A DNA stretch of 64,000 bases from positions 187,197,964 through 187,261,963 of the forward strand of contig NC_068981.1 in assembly GCF_001194135.2 (NCBI RefSeq), given 5' to 3'. The position numbers were made by a program, and so were the translations under genes. The notes below the pieces were generated by a model that saw only the letters and a program-made list of their open reading frames with translations, was not told where the DNA came from and searched no databases. Below, piece by piece: positions 63,405-64,000 of this stretch. The stretch comes from Octopus bimaculoides (lineage: Eukaryota). The first letter of the stretch is position 1. Each line of letters starts with the position of its first letter.

Positions 63405-63621
63405 CTGACAAATAATGAAAATAATGAGTAGAGAGGGCATGTTATTAACGAGATTGTGAATGGCAATGAAAGGAGTTTGATAAACCTGACTGAGTGATTG
63501 ACTGACCAAATGATTAAGCAAACAACTGATCAGTCAATTGGTTGAATAGTTAATTGATTATCAAATAAATAATGAAGAAGTGAAATAGAACCAAGCACAT
63601 GCGCACACACACATATATATA

Positions 63622-64000
63622 TGAGGGTGAGTCAAAAAGTAATGCCATTTTGTCTAGGACAGGTATAATTGCCAACACAGGAACATGTATCATACATCAA
63701 AATGAAGCTGGTCCTCTGTGGATCACATCCCTACTTCTCAACATAGTCACCGTTTCTCTCAATAGCAATGTTCCACCTTCAAATGAGAGCATGTATCCCT
63801 GCCCTGTAAAATTCTGTTGACTGTTATTTGAGCCACTTCTTCACTACAGTTTTCACTTCCTCGTCACTGGAATAATGTTTGCCTCTCAAACCCTCTTTCA
63901 TGGGGCCGAAGAGATGACAGTCCAGTGACGAGGAAGTGAAAACTGTAGTGAAGAAGTGGCTCAAAGAACAGTCAACAGAATTTTACAGGGCAGGGATACA
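63622..64000. mobile_element. Mariner-derived foldback element (runs off the window)
   Basis: TA|TGAGGGTGAGTCAAAAAGTAATG terminus. Minus strand encodes HLFGPMKEGLRGKHYSSDEEVKTVVKKWL...RWNIAIERNGDYVEK*. 63792-63871 is mirrored at 63921-64000. Confidence 0.85.

Overview
AT-rich, repeat-dense metazoan DNA with eight N-gaps. The SINE/LINE landscape and protein sequences suggest an octopus genome (inference; no database check possible). Three intron-containing genes were reconstructed by hand from GT-AG junctions and reading-frame continuity: ACTR8/ARP8 (minus strand, 12 coding exons at 12590-33963, probable ATG at 37781 running into a gap), a 4-exon aquaporin (plus strand, 43394-47974) and the 3' 11 exons of NAE1/APPBP1 (minus strand, 48904-63404, continuing beyond the window). 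Introns and intergenic DNA hold several tRNA-derived SINE families, RTE and CR1 LINE remnants, TTAA-flanked, hAT and mariner MITEs, and microsatellites. No gene was recognisable in 1-12.5 kb. The most interesting signal is a cluster of Penelope-linked features. These are a 523-bp palindromic insertion (14-bp TSD) whose arms each join a tRNA-type Pol III head to a minimal hammerhead-ribozyme motif, a diverged monomeric relative of it, a retrozyme-like direct repeat with two hammerheads 301 nt apart, and an inverted Penelope GIY-YIG fragment. The aquaporin has NPS/NPV motifs and a His-to-Ile selectivity filter. All structures and alignments were judged by eye, and repeat boundaries are approximate.
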